Positions 1 through 14,438 of a DNA stretch of 64,000 bases are shown here, piece after piece. The position numbers and the translations under genes are program-made. Source of the stretch: Eledone cirrhosa (taxonomy: Eukaryota); assembly GCA_964016885.1 (NCBI GenBank), contig OZ024745.1:113212001-113276000 (forward strand), in the 5' to 3' direction. The notes beneath the pieces are model-generated. The model was not told the origin of the DNA and made no database searches. It saw only the letters and a program-made list of their open reading frames with translations. Within the stretch, counting starts at the first letter, position 1; each line of letters opens with the position of its first letter.

Positions 1-455
1 AAACGTTGGTGTTAGGACAGGCACAGCAAACACATTGTGAGCCAGTGTTTTGTTTTACGCAGAGAGTTCCGATGACCAAATCTTTCTTAATCGGGTGTAG
101 TATTCCCTGGTTACGCGTTCCTTATTACAGATACCATTATAGGATATGTTCTCATCTATCCCCAGGTATCTGTAGCAGTCCTCATCAGATATCGGTGAAA
201 CAGTTAGGCCATTGATGACAATGTTGCTAGATCGGGTTGTTGTTTTTCCCCGCCTTACAGTCATGAATGAGCATTTATCTTGGCCAAACTCCATTCCTAT
301 ATCCTTTGAGAACGTTGTAACCAGGTCAAGATGTTTCTTCATACCATCCATGTTCTTGGCATATAGTTTCAGATCGTCCACAAAGAAATTATGGGTTAGG
401 TTCATATTTCTGTCCTCCTGTGAGCCAATGATGTATCCCTCACATTTCTTGAGCA
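1..455 (-). mobile_element. R4/Dong-like non-LTR retrotransposon, reverse transcriptase fragment
   Basis: ORF 55..492(-) contains THNFFVDDLKLYAKN, IGMEFGQDKC and YRYLGIDE, which are RT motifs typical of R4/Dong-type (restriction-like endonuclease) elements. The fragment runs off the window start. Confidence 0.8.
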
Positions 456-2056
456 GAAATGCATGTATGTACTTTTGTATGTATGTATGCATATATGTAT
501 ATATGTATTTGTGTATGTATGTAATATCACCTTGTATATAACTTGAAATTTTAAGTGTACTTTTTATATCTCATTATTTTTTCTTGTTTGATTCTATTTC
601 AAAGTACAATGAAAATGTATCACTAGAAGAATTTGTGCCATTGCCAAGGAAGTAAGAACTCAGTTGGTGGCCAATTCTTTTATGGAGAATTATGGCAATT
701 CTGTATAAATATAACAATTCAAATACAATGTTAATAGTGTTTGCAATGGAGATGTGAATACTTTATACTGCTTATTTTACACGAGTTTCAATAACTCAGT
801 ATAAAAAGAAATAATACAAAGGTATTCCATACGTGACAATTCAGTGAATATGTTTTTTGGGATATGTAAAATATTAATGGATGCACAATATCTATGAAAT
901 ATTTGGTGGAGTGGCACAATAAACATACCTTTTAAATTTCTATTTTTTTTCAAGATTTTTGTTTTTTCAAATCTGGGGAATACGAAAAAGAGAAACATCT
1001 AAACTATACTTTTGTCTAATTTATTTCTGTTTATCCCCTTCTCTCATTCACACGTTCTCACATGCTTACTTTTGGGAACTGTCTCTATTCAATGACATTT
1101 TTACATTGGCAAAGTAAGGTAAAATTATGCTTTATTTGGAAGGTTATAGCTCTCAAAATTCTCTGGACATTTAAAAATGTATAATAGCTTGTGGGTATGA
1201 GTCCAAAGCCAAAACATTGTTTTGGTATAATCGACTGTATTCCCTAAATCTGAGTAACTCAATCAGAAATATACATGTTAATTATTAGTTTTATATAAAT
1301 CCATGTGAATGTTTCTATCATATTTTTCTGTATGAGACGTTAGTTATTCAGTTAAGATATTCATCAGATGGTGGAAAATACCTATGCCTGGCAGTTCCAT
1401 ACTGGAAACATTTATCATCCTACTTGGTTGTTTCAGTCATATGACACTCATAAGCGCAGGGAATGAGGAGATGTAGGAGAGGGGCGACATGACTGGGCCG
1501 TATTCTGTGGTCTAAACAATGTATAATGGGCTTCAAATTAATTTTCATTTAGGGATCCCATGCAAGCTTAATTCGCCCACCGATATATAATTGTGAGTAA
1601 TAGTCATAGAAAAACTCTACATTCCTCAATTGCATATAGTTTGGCAGTCTGACTGCGTTCGCCCTTTGGCAAGCAAACAGCAAGACGCGGGGCCCAACAC
1701 CAAGTTACAGAGAGATATTCGATCTCAGGTTTATTTGAGTCCGCCTAGCGGACTAGATTATTCAAAGGTGACTTTACTCACAAATACATTAATGGATTTC
1801 TGAAGCGTTATATTTAGGTCTAACTTGTCCGCATTGGTAGTTTTGGTGCTCAGGACAGCTGCACCAGTCTGTATCGCAGTTGTCCTGTATATCTGCTCAA
1901 CATTCACCAATCCGTCACACAAGGAACAAGGCATGTACGATTAGGTCACTATACATATATGTATATATATGTGTGTGTATGTGAGTATGTCTATGTCTAT
2001 ACACAAACTTACAAATACGCACACACATACATACATACATTTACACACACACATAA

Positions 2057-2092
<36 letters not shown>

Positions 2093-3654
2093 GTGTATAT
2101 ATATATATATGTATATGTATTTATATATATATTGTGAATGTTTCTGTGTGCCTATGTATTTCTTAATACCTATCTCGATATATTGATATATGATTTCCTT
2201 ATTAACGACAAGGGTTGAACGATATATTGATATATACATATGTATCAGTAAAACGTGAAAGTAATAGTCAAAATATATCTAATTTTAACTTAAAAGAAAA
2301 TATATAAACCACTCTACAAATTTTTATTGTGTCCTTTAAACTTTTATATTCAACTCCTAACACCTTGCATTAACAGTTAATATTATCTCATTTAATAAGA
2401 AACAATTTATCATATTGCCTGTGTTGTAACAGTAAAACATTTTGAAAGCAAATATAGCTGAAGTTATTACTTACGGTAATCATTTATCGACTGATTAATG
2501 TTTATGTGTTACTTTAACATTACTATAAAGATGAATAATGCTCAATATCATTGCGAGTGACACATTTAAAGAGAAACTTTAATATAAACTTTTATATTTA
2601 TTAGCAAAAGGTATGCGTCATCTAGGTTCATATTCCAATTGTTGTATTTCAGAATGTGTATAGTCAATTGATCGAGCCTAATATATGACTGGTTTGTATT
2701 TTATCCGCCTGAAAGTACTCAATTATGAAAGGTAAAATGAACGGGAATGGCATTTGGTCTGACGCTTTATCGCATCTGCCAATTCATTGCTCGCATCCAG
2801 ATAAAATATTTATTTTTAACATTGATGTAAGGTGATATAATGGTGGAGAATAAGCAATTATACTTTCGCATTGTTACTTGACTTATAATACTATCGACTT
2901 GGGAATATCGAAAGGGACTTTTCACTTTGGCAGTACTTGAAATCAGGACTTAAATGAATGTAACTAAAAACTGCAATGCATATTTTTCTAAATTTTACTC
3001 ATTCTGTCTATTGCTTAAGTATAAAATATTAAAATAGTAAAATGAAATATAGGGTTATTGTAATACCTGTTCGATAAAATATTGTATATTTTCAGAATTT
3101 TTGAATATAGATGCCAGAAACATAAAATATGGAAACTTAAACAGAAAAGTAGTATTTTATCGTTTTTTCATATAAGTTTCCATGCGATTCGCATGCATTA
3201 CGATGTGTCATTTAAAATATTGATTACATATTTATACAAATGTATCATAAAAGCAGAATTCACAACAATGGTTACAAAAAAACAACAACCCATATTGATA
3301 GGTAATGCAAATTCATAAATATTGATGGATGCCATTAAATATTGAAGTTGAGTTTGGTAAGCATATCTTATTTAAATCATATTTAAGCTGAAGCTGAACA
3401 TATAGTATAACCTTTACCATGATAACGGTTATGGTAAGGTAAATGTACAGAAAGTTTTAGGAATAACATAGCCATGTAAAGATTGCTGAACGCAATGTAT
3501 ACAATGCTGCTAGAAAATCAACGTAAAATGATGGAAGAACTAACTGGAACGTGCTAATTGAATATGATGATGATTGAGTCTGCCTTATAACCATAACATT
3601 TAAGCACTAAGATGAACAACTCAGGTTTTTTCTACGTTGTATGTGAAGATCATG

Positions 3655-6431
3655 GAAAACTTGGACGTGAATGGTAGTGAAGGTGGAGCTTTCAGACTGG
3701 TGGCCGTATATGCCCCGACTGGAACATCACGACCAGAGTTCTTCAAGCGTCTGGAGCCATTCTTGGGAACGTCACGCTCCTTAGTGTTAGCGGGGGACTG
3801 GAATTCAATCTTAAACGCACGTTGGGACTATGTAGGAGCTTGTAATATTAGAAGGGAGTGTAATAGCCTCAAAAATCTCATCAGCCAATTCCAACTGGCT
3901 GATAGATATTGACTAGACTTCCAAAGTGCACCACTGTGGACGTGGAGCAACCGCACTGGGTCTTCTAGATCGTATTTAGATAGATTTTTTAATTAGACAG
4001 AATGATAAAGAAACGTTAAGCTGTCAACAAATGCACATGGTTGCCTATTCAGACCACAAATTAGTCACCTGCATAGTCAACCTTGATAGAATACATAGAC
4101 AGGGACCCCGATAATGGAAGCTAAACATGTCACTCCCGGCGCGCAAGGCTTACAGTAAATGGATTAGCACCTTAGTTAAGTGCCAGTTGATGGGGGCGAT
4201 AGTCAACAACAGGTGGTGGGGCTCTCTCAAGAGAGCAATTAGAATAGAATCGATAGCATTTAGTAAGGAAGTAGCTTTAGAAAAAAACAAAACTGAAAAG
4301 GAACTGGTTGCTAAAGTAGAAGAGGCACTTAGGAATGGCAGTACAGCTGACGTGCTAGCAGTGAGAACGGCACCAGACCAGTTCTTCAACGTGACACACG
4401 AAGGTTGTATTGTTAGAAGTAGAACACGTGCTCTAAGAAACGAGGAAACCAAAGCTGTTAGCTGGGCCCGAGTGGCAGAGGCGAAATATGGCAACAAATC
4501 TACAATTCGGTTTGCAAGACAAAGATGGATGCATTCTACTTGAATCCAAGCAAATGTGCACGGCCTTCCAGCAGCATTTTGCACATCTGTTCGGGAAAAG
4601 TGGTTCGTCAAGCGATATGATGGACTTCAGTTGCTACCACGACGGCATGCCACGACCCGCGAGCACCGATGCAGAGAGCTGCGAAAGGCCGATCACAGCG
4701 GGCGAAATAGAAGATGCCCTAGGCCGCTGCGGGAAATGCAAATCACCCAGTTTAGATTGTCTACCCTATGAGTTTTACATAGGCATGCCAGACTTGTTCT
4801 CTGGCGTCCTCGATGCGGTCTACTGCAACTGGCAGCAGAATCAGAGGATTCCCAGTTCTGTAGGCAGAGGCGTAATAACGCTGATCAAGAAAGATGAGAA
4901 CAAGGGGAATGATATAAGCAATTTCAAGCCCATAACTCTGCTCAACACAGAGTTAAAGATTTAGGCCAAAGTGTTAGCAACGAGGCTGGTGAAATTGCTC
5001 GTGAAATTGCTCGGGGTCTGGTTTGGTCCAGATCTCCAGGTGGACAAGAACTGGAACGAGGTCACGGCGAAGGTGTTTGCACTCACTCAGAAGTGGGCTG
5101 AGTGCAAACTCTCCTTGAAAGCCTTGAGGGGAGGTGGCGAACACTTACATAGCGTCCGTCGTCTACTACCGCTTGACAGTCGTGCCTTGTCCCTGCGAAT
5201 ACCTCACCAAAATGGAACGCCTACGCTTCAAGTTCCTCTGGAAGAAACAGCCTCCATTTGTGAGGAGATCCATCTACTGTCAACACCCTTCTAACGGATG
5301 CTGAGGCTGATGATGCGCAAACACGTGCTGAGGCTACGCCATCTCCAGGTATTCCTGACCGGTCAAACAGCGTGGCTGTCGTTTATGAGACGACCTCTTC
5401 CACAAAAAGTTTCGCTAACAGAGCTGCAGTCCTGGGTCAAGCGAAGACCGAGAATGGGTGCCTGGCAGCTCGAGTGCCTTCAGGCGCTCACAGCCCTCTA
5501 CCAAGCGGAAACGGCAATTAGCAGAGACTCCACTTCGACATTCTCTAGGAGATTAGTGAAGGATAAGTGCGACGACGTTCTCGGGGAAACTCTAGGCATC
5601 GAGGAGGAGGAACTGACAAGGCTGTTCGGGAGAACCTTCCGTCAAGGGCCTATGGATAACTTCCAGAGGTCTCTGACTTGGCAGTGCTACCGAGGAGCTC
5701 TACCAGTTCGAGACAAGATCTACACGCACGGACGCCCTGGCAGAGATCCTGCCAAAAGGACCTGTCCAAGATGCGAGCAGGTAATCGAAACCGTTCTGCA
5801 CGCAATTGTTCAGTGCCCAGGTGTGACCGACCTGTGGAATTATGTCGAACAGCTGTTGTCACGTGTGGGACGCATCCAGTTGTCAGCCTAGCCCATCGTG
5901 AGTCTAACGCCGCCGCCTTCATTTACGAATGAAGGAGAGGCGGTCTTCCTCTGTTTGATGGCTATGGCGAAAGAGGTAATATGGTGGACGAGGTTAAAAG
6001 GACTGAGGGCAAACTCCTTTCTCTCCGGAAAAAAACCTTATCCCTTTCTTTAAGTACCACTTCAGAAGGAAGGTGAGAGTGGAGTGAGAGGTGCTACACC
6101 CCAGTAAATTCGCTGAAAGGTGGTTGAATGTGGCGAAAATGGCCCGAGTGAATGGGCCTTCTCTGTATATAAACCTCTAGGTTGAGGAAGATAAATAGAG
6201 GGAATCAGGGAACACATACAAAACTGTTCCTGGTGTTGAGAGTTGTTCTCTCCACGGGGTGTAAAACAACCCTGCAGTGACGTTTCCTCCTATTGGGGAT
6301 TTCATTTGTTATTTTAAATATAGTTTATTGTTATTTATTAATGTTAAAGTCATATGATTTTTATATAAAATCCCCGCCATCACGTCTTGTAATGTCGAAT
6401 TTTTGTACGTCCTGTGGCAAATAAATAAAGA
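3655..6431 (+). mobile_element. Tx1-type (L1 clade) LINE ORF2, degenerate and internally deleted, with 3' UTR
   Basis: APE endonuclease motifs (RLVAVYAP, LVLAGDWNSIL, YLDRF, SDH), RT N-terminus (KSPSLDCLPYEFY, NFKPITLLNTELKI) and C-terminal CCHC knuckle (CPRCEQVIETVLHAIVQC). The RT core is missing at ~4985, there are several stops and frameshifts, and it ends in AATAAATAAA followed by (TATC)n. Confidence 0.85.
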
Positions 6432-6508
<77 letters not shown>

Positions 6509-6524
6509 GGCTGTCTATCTATCT
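6432..6524. repeat. (TATC)n microsatellite
   Basis: Read directly. It abuts the Tx1 3' end. Confidence 0.95.
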
Positions 6525-6529
6525 GTGAG

Positions 6530-7041
6530 TATGTAATCGGCAACCTATTACAGGAATACGAAACGTTGACAGGAGCAAGACTAAACCCAAACAAGTCTGT
6601 CGGTTTGCAACTCGGCACATGGAGAGGCAAACCCATGCCTTCTGACAGTGTCGTTGGACGCTGGACAGAAGGACCGGTGAAATTGCTCGGGGTCTGGTTT
6701 GGTCCAGACCTCGAGGTGTACAAGAACTGGAACGAGGTCACGGCGAAGGTGTTTGCACTCACCGAGAAATGGGCTGAGTGCAAACTCTTCTTGAAAGGTC
6801 GAGCGGAGGTGGCGAACACTTACATAGCGTCCGTCATCTACTACTGCTTGACAGTCGTGCCTTGTCCTCGCGAATACCTCACCAACATGGAACGCCTATT
6901 CTTCAAGTTCCTCTGGAAGAAACAGGCTCCATTGGTGAGGAGATCCATCTGCTGTCAACACCCTTCTAACGGGGGGTTGGGCATGCCGTGGCTGATGATG
7001 CGCAAACACGCGCTGAGGCTACGCCATCTCCAGGTGTTCCT
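6530..7041 (+). mobile_element. Second Tx1-type LINE fragment (post-RT region)
   Basis: GARLNPNKS...VKLLGVWFG...GGLGMPWL. From 6677 it is near-identical in DNA to ~5000-5358. Confidence 0.85.
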
Positions 7042-7082
7042 ATCATTCTCTCTTTCTCTCTCTTCCCCCTCTATTTCTACCC

Positions 7083-7391
<309 letters not shown>

Positions 7392-8352
7392 CTGTGTGCG
7401 TATGTGTGAAATTCTGTTACGCATTGGAGAAGAAATTGACTGTGGCAGTACAGGTATTGTAAATATAATGGTAGTGGTGATGACAATGATGATGAACTTT
7501 ACTTTGAAGACGTCGAATAGTAATAATGATAAAAACAACAGCTGCAACAACAATAATGACAAAGGCAACAACAAAAACAGTGATAAGTGATCATGATGAT
7601 AAAAAAAAATTGAGAAATCATGACAATGATTACAATGGAGACAAAAAAGTGCAAGAATAAAGAAAAATGCAAGAGCAGGAAAAATTTTAATTTCCGAAAA
7701 AGCGAAGTCCATGAAAAAGTTTAATCAAATTTAGAAGACAAAAATTATGATCTTAAGCAAGCTTTGAAAAGTTCTGATTAATTTTACCATTTAAAAAAGA
7801 TTAAAGAGTTGTTGAGTCCTTTTGCCATATCAACTCTATTAGTGACTATATTCAAATGATGCAATTTAAGAAATTGAATATATAGAACGTTTTAATCAGA
7901 TATTTGAAATTAGTCCACTGTAGAGAAAATAGTCATGTTTCTGTATATGGTAGAATCTACCCGCCGGTCGTTTCCTCTGGCAAATATGCTTCTTAAACCT
8001 TGATTTCTTTTATCATTTAGCTTAAATATGTACCAAGTGTATTGTACATGGATCTGATGGAAGACAAACAAAAGTGATCTTCATAAGTACTCTATATACA
8101 CTATGTCTTTGATAGCTATATGCTAAAACAAAATCAGTAGAAATCCACACAGAAACTATTGACTGGTTACGGTCTGAACAGCGAGTACTGTAGAGAGTTC
8201 AAAATTCAAAATATTCGCTCGAAGATGGGTTCTCCGGAAACTAGCTTTCCTTGCTTCTCAAAAGATTCTTGTTACTTTTTAAAAAATTGGAATATATTAT
8301 TTATATATCATTCACACATACACACACTGGAATATATTATTTATATATCATT

Positions 8353-8470
8353 CTGAGTTCAAATCCCGCCGAGGTTGACTCTGCCTTTCATCCTTACGGG
8401 GTCGATAAAATAAAGTACCAGTAATGCACTGGGTAATTGCTGGCCTTGTGCCTAAAGTAGAAGCAATTAT
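8353..8470 (+). mobile_element. SINE family A, 5'-truncated, inside a ~40-bp tandem repeat
   Basis: B-box GAGTTCAAATCCC, central GCCTTTCATCCTTACGGGGTCGATAAAATAAAGTACCAG and 3' GGCCTTGTGCCTAAAGTAGAA. Flanked by the duplication ATTATTTATATATCATT. Confidence 0.85.
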
Positions 8471-8620
8471 TTATATATCATTCACACACACATACACATA
8501 CACACACACTGGAATATATTATTTATATATCATTCACACACACACACACATTTTATTATTTAAGTTCTAGAGAGGGTACAGATCTCCTAGCATAATAAGA
8601 AAACAACAACAACAATAATA

Positions 8621-8872
8621 ATAATTGTTTCTTACTTTAGGCACAAGGCCAGCAATTTGAAGGGGAGGGGAAAGTCGATTAAGTCGACTCCAGTGCGTGA
8701 CTGGTACTTTATTTTATCGACCCCGTAAGGTTGAAAGGAAAAATAAATAATAATAATTGCTTCTACTTTAGGCACAAGGCCAACAATTTGAAGAAGAAGG
8801 GAAAGTACATTAAATCAATTCCAGTGCGTAACTGGTACTTTATTTTATCGACACCGTAATGTTGAAACGCAA
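8621..8872 (-). mobile_element. Two tandem 5'-truncated SINE family A copies
   Basis: Two reverse-complement copies of the SINE 3' half (8621-8741 and 8753-8872) with (AAT)n-like ends. Confidence 0.8.
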
Positions 8873-9647
8873 ACTATTAATAATAATAAAAATATATTAT
8901 AAAGGTGTGTTTGTGTTTAATTTGTTGTGCAGTATAATTTCATGTATTTTTTATGCAGTTGCCTGAGATAAATGCATTTTAATTTTAGTAGGATTTCTTT
9001 CGAGGAGAAACGAAATTCCTTTAAAATATTTTCGATGATAGGCTGTTGTCATATTGATTATATTTGTAAATATTTCGACATTGTGACACGGTTAGCTAAT
9101 TATTGAATTCGCCCCAGGCCTTCATAGCGAATTTTCTGATAGAGATTTCCTTTGCAAATAGTCACTCTCCTGTAAATATTTTGGTAGTATTCCAAGAATA
9201 AAGGTATTGATCTTGGGTATAATCCCAATAGCTGATGGTTAGTCAAGGGTTCACAAAGGCAATCCTTTATATCAAAGATAAATTAAAATGCATAATATAT
9301 AATGTTATATATTATGCATTTTATAATGTTATAGAAAGTAAATTATATAATCTAGTTCCCTTTTAGGCGTATCAATTTGTATTTAGATTTTTTTTCCGAA
9401 CACATTTTGAAGTCTTGGGAAACGCAATTTTTGTACATCCCCGGAAAAGTTACAGGGCACTGACCAGTTTTTACGGCATGAAATGGAGACTGCAATATAT
9501 ACAGGCCCCTCTAACCAAAGCTGAACGCGTCCCTTGTCAACCCGTGCGATGGAAGATGCGGTATGGTTCTCTTTTGTTCCTTTCACTTTATGTAGGCTTT
9601 TGTGCCTCTGGCATTAAGTCGATCTAAATTCAGCACTATGTATAAGC

Positions 9648-9705
<58 letters not shown>

Positions 9706-10880
9706 ATCTATATATATATATGTAAATATATATATGCCTGTGTGTATGTGTGCGCGCGTGTGTGTATATATGTATATATGTATATATGTATATATGTGTG
9801 TGTACGAACATGTTGCTTTTAAACAAGTAAAACTATGTTATTAAATCAAACGCATTGATTAAATACTTCCAAGTTTGTTAAACATTTATTGCAGTGGTTC
9901 AAGTTTACCTAACAACTGTAAAATACGGCTTCACCTAAGAAAATATACTAAAAGCATAATAACATGTGGTACTTGTCTTATTTCCTTCGCTTTCATCTTT
10001 CCCTCGCATTTCGTGTGAACATTTCAAATTTCGTCTGTATTTCGTGTCGATGGAATTTAACCGAAAACTTGTGATGAAGAAACCACCATTAATCTGGTGT
10101 GAATTAGGTGTCTGCTGCTATACTTTTGTCACAAATTCCATTAACATTGCTTCCGAAAAAATGAGATTTGATACGTCTGAGCAGGTAATCAGGAAGCAAT
10201 ACACCAAATATATCTTTTCTGTTTCTAACGTTTAGTTCTTTTTTTTTTTACTGTTATATTAAACATGATTCTTAACGATACAGCAAATGTATAAAATCCA
10301 ATGAAGCCTTAACTTAGAACTTTCAGTTTTCATGATATATCTCATGTTTAATGCTGAAAGTGATCCCAGAAATTTCGAAATAAAACTGAATATGTTAACG
10401 GTTTTAAAGATAATTCATATTTAGGTATTGAAATTAAGAGCCACAAACTAATGTTAATGGGAATGATGAATTAGGTTGCTTTTAAATTACCATTTAATTC
10501 AAATCGAAATACATTTTTCGAAATGTGTTGTAATAAAATTAGTTTCAACTATCCTCTCGGGGAAAATAAGAACTATTTACCGTTCGCAATTTTCTCTTTT
10601 CAACCGAAATATAAAATGCAATAAACGATTTTCAAAATAGGAGCAACAAATTCTATTGATTGAAATGAAAGAAACCTAGTAATACATAGACACGACTGAA
10701 TGCAAAGTAATGAGTTGAACGGAGAGTTGAACGGTAAGCTTGTTATATAGATTCATGTGCACATCTCCACACGCATACATGTATACATACATATGAATAT
10801 ACGTATATGCATATACATCCATCCATCCATATGAATATACGTATATGCATATACATCCATCCATATATATATATATATAT

Positions 10881-11040
10881 ATAGGAACCAGTAAGACCCC
10901 GACAGCTGAGCTCAAGCCGTTTCGACGGCTTGAGCTCAGCTGTCGGGGTCTTATTGGTTCCTATTACCCACTCTACTACCTCAAGTATTGAGTACTTTGG
11001 TGCGTTATGGTCCACCTGGTTCCTTACCATATTTCCTTCG

Positions 11041-11043
<3 letters not shown>
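10881..11043. mobile_element. Fold-back PLE terminal-repeat-like element, family B
   Basis: 40-bp inverted repeat 10881-10964 with a TTCG apex, then a unique tail, all between (TA)n tracts. Homologous to 25636-25782 and 43602-43794. Confidence 0.7.
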
Positions 11044-11119
<76 letters not shown>

Positions 11120-11320
11120 TAAATTAGGATGTATATTCAGTTAGAAACTTGTTAGACAATTATTCACCAGAGTGCTCGATACTTGGAGTAATAGAGTTTG
11201 GTTATATGAAAGTGTTGGGAGCCCGACAGCTGAACCCTTCTCGTTTCCTAACAGCCTGTATATATATATAGATATAGATAGGTAAATATACACGGGTGTG
11301 TATGATTGTGTATAGAAGAT

Positions 11321-11693
11321 TATATTAATAAGAGGAATTCCAACTTTGTCTGATTTACTCGTTTTATTTACAATCCTTTAAAATATATATAATGGTATTA
11401 TAATGAAATAGTATGATAGAATATTAAATTCTAAGTGTTAATTGAACAAGTACTTTCATGCTTTCGCAATCTTCAGGTTCATGATATGTGGTGACAGTTG
11501 AAAATTGCAAACTCGACTGTCACCACATATCATGAACCTGAAGATTGCAAAAGCATGAAAGTACTTGTTCAATTAACACTTAGAATTTAATATTCTATCA
11601 TACTATTTCATTATAATACCATTATATATATTTTAAAGGATTGTAAATAAAACGAGTAAATCAGACAAAGTTGGAATTCCTCTTATTAATATA
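11321..11693. repeat. ~180-bp-arm near-perfect inverted repeat carrying HHR motifs
   Basis: Left arm 11321-11501 is the reverse complement of 11513-11693 with about two mismatches. The loop is ~11 nt. Confidence 0.95.
11533..11571 (+). ncRNA. Minimal type-I hammerhead ribozyme motif (family A); antisense-arm copy at 11443-11481(-)
   Basis: TGAAC-CTGAAGA-TTGCAAAAGCAT-GAAA-GTAC-TT-GTTCA: 5-bp stem I, intact core, stem II and palindromic GUAC stem III loop. Confidence 0.8.
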
Positions 11694-11778
11694 TATATAT
11701 ATATATATACATATATGTATATATATTTAATATAGAAAAGCTTCACGTTATATTCTTTGCTTAAACTTTAATCTGTTA

Positions 11779-11847
<69 letters not shown>

Positions 11848-11865
11848 CCTACACAAACCTCACGT

Positions 11866-11914
<49 letters not shown>

Positions 11915-11974
11915 TACAGTTATATAAGAAAGTAATTTCTCTTTTAAAAAGTTCCACCCGGGTAAAAATATAAG

Positions 11975-12175
11975 CAAAAGATAATAGAAATTTAAAATGC
12001 AGCTGTAGTCTTTTGAAAATATTTATTTACTTTACTGGTTTCACAAAACAAACTAGAACAGAAGCATAAACCCTACATCTCAATTTTACTTTTGAAAATC
12101 ATAAGAATTGTGAAACCAGTATAGCAAATAAATATTCTTAAAAGACTCCAGTTGCATTTTCAATTTCTTTTCCTT
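11975..12175. mobile_element. Old degenerate fold-back copy of the Penelope terminal repeat (family G)
   Basis: CATCTCAATTTTACTTTTGAAAATCATAAGAATTGTGAAACCAGTA...AAGACTCCAGTTGCATTTTC matches 37084-37185 and is preceded by its inverted copy. Confidence 0.7.
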
Positions 12176-12177
12176 AC

Positions 12178-12232
<55 letters not shown>

Positions 12233-12296
12233 ACTCCACCCACACACATATATATATTGGAAAATGTGTGAAATCCTTGGTACAGTTAGCTATACC

Positions 12297-12493
12297 AAAA
12301 AGGAGAAGAATGACTTCACTTGTAGTTCTAAACAATTTAATTTAATTTTATAATATTATGATTTTACAAATTGGTTTTGTAGATCTAGTATAAAACCAAA
12401 TTGTAAAATCATAATATTATAAAATTGAATTAAATCGTTTGGAACTACAAGCGAAGTTTGGAACTAAAAGCGAAGTCATTGTTTTCCTTTTTT
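12297..12493. repeat. Imperfect inverted repeat (~80-bp arms)
   Basis: AATGACTTCACTTGTAGTTCTAAAC...TTGGTTTT / AAAACCAA...GTTTGGAACTACAAGCGAAG...GTCATT. Confidence 0.8.
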
Positions 12494-13045
12494 TAAATAT
12501 ATATATATATTCATATATACCTCATGGGGAAAGAGTAAAGTTCAGAGAAAGAATATAAATATATATGTGTATAATTATGTGTGTATTCCCGATGGGTATC
12601 GGGAGGTGACTTCAGTTGAAAAAGATACCCAATAGACATCTCTACTTTTATACAGAAATGACTTATACAAGACTCGAACTGTTTCATGTGAAATCATCAA
12701 GAAATATAAATCTATTATGGCTTAGTGATAATACTTGTTCCTCTGGAGTTTCACCTGCGCAGTCACAGGGTTATCAGACAAGACTAAATTTTCAATAACA
12801 GGGATAGTATAAATAGCGAATGGGGTGGGATGGGGGATGGAAGATATGTGTTTTTATTGGATGTGTAGAGAGGGAGAGAAGGAAATTATGAAAAGAGTGA
12901 GTATGTAAAACTCACTACTTAGCAATAATTATTTCTACTATTGGCACAAGGCCAGCAAATACCCAGTACATTACTGGTACAATAATAGATAAATATTTAA
13001 ACTCTTCATCGGTATTGTGTTCTCATTCTCCCACCTGTCAAGAAC

Positions 13046-13427
<382 letters not shown>

Positions 13428-13862
13428 AGTGTGTGTGTATGTGTGTGAGTGTATGTATATATGACACCGTAATCTTAATATTGCACGAGACTACGCACGT
13501 GGATACCTAAATCTATGTGTTTTCATATATTTCATAGAGTAGATCTCTTCCATAAAATCCTTAATCGATACAGCGAGACTACATAGGCTAGAATAATCAA
13601 TCGAATCGATATGTTCAAGCATCATCTTGAAAGACGAAACCAATCGGACGCTATCCATTTTCATCCGTTGGAATCTAATATGGTTTATCCATAAGTGTAA
13701 ATTGCACAGCAATATTGTATATTTGTTAAATATATTATATATGATTTCTGTATAAACGTTGATTTGTACATACTTTGTGTTGGTAACTTTGTCTCTCTCT
13801 CTATCTCTCTATTTTCTCTCTCTCTCTCTCTCTCTCTCTCACCCCCCCCTCTCTCTCTCTCA

Positions 13863-13896
<34 letters not shown>

Positions 13897-14182
13897 ACGC
13901 ATATATATATTGGCTTAGATATGTGACGTACATTTATCCAAAATTTCATTTAACTGATATCATTAGATTATTCGACTTCTCCGACTTTTACTTTTAGATT
14001 TTAACATCTCTATAAGGCGTCTTCCCTTTTAAATCGATAGATAATCTCAGTTAATCGAAGTCATCAATTCACTATATTTCATATGTAAGATATTCTATTC
14101 TGTATATAGAAGCTCCGTTGACATATTTTGTCACAACAATATATTTGATATATTCATACTCAACATTATTAAATTTTGTCAA

Positions 14183-14359
14183 TATTGGTAGAGGGGCGGG
14201 CGCTAAGCTTTGCAGCATAGTGTTACGGCCCTTAACGGTCTGAGTTCAAATCCCATCGAGGTTAACTTTGCCTTTCATCCTTACGGGGTCAATAAAATAA
14301 AGTACCAGTAATGCACTGGGATAATTGCTGGCCTTGTGCCAAAAGTAGAAACAATTATT
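14183..14359 (+). mobile_element. SINE family A
   Basis: Same B-box, central and 3' blocks as other copies. Flanking duplication ATTATTAAATTT. Confidence 0.85.
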
Positions 14360-14403
14360 AAATTTCCTCTGCGTCTATCTTTCTTAGGTTTGACAACTTA
14401 CCT

Positions 14404-14438
14404 CGCTGATGATATGTAATGAAATCGAAACAGGTCAG
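14404..14438 (+). ncRNA. Degenerate HHR-like motif
   Basis: CTGATGA-TATGTAATGAAATC-GAAA-CAGG-TC. The core is intact but the stems are decayed. Confidence 0.4.

Noticed and set aside
1382-1511. Candidate minus-strand exon with AG/GT boundaries
   Set aside because: All three reading frames contain stops and nothing else supports it.
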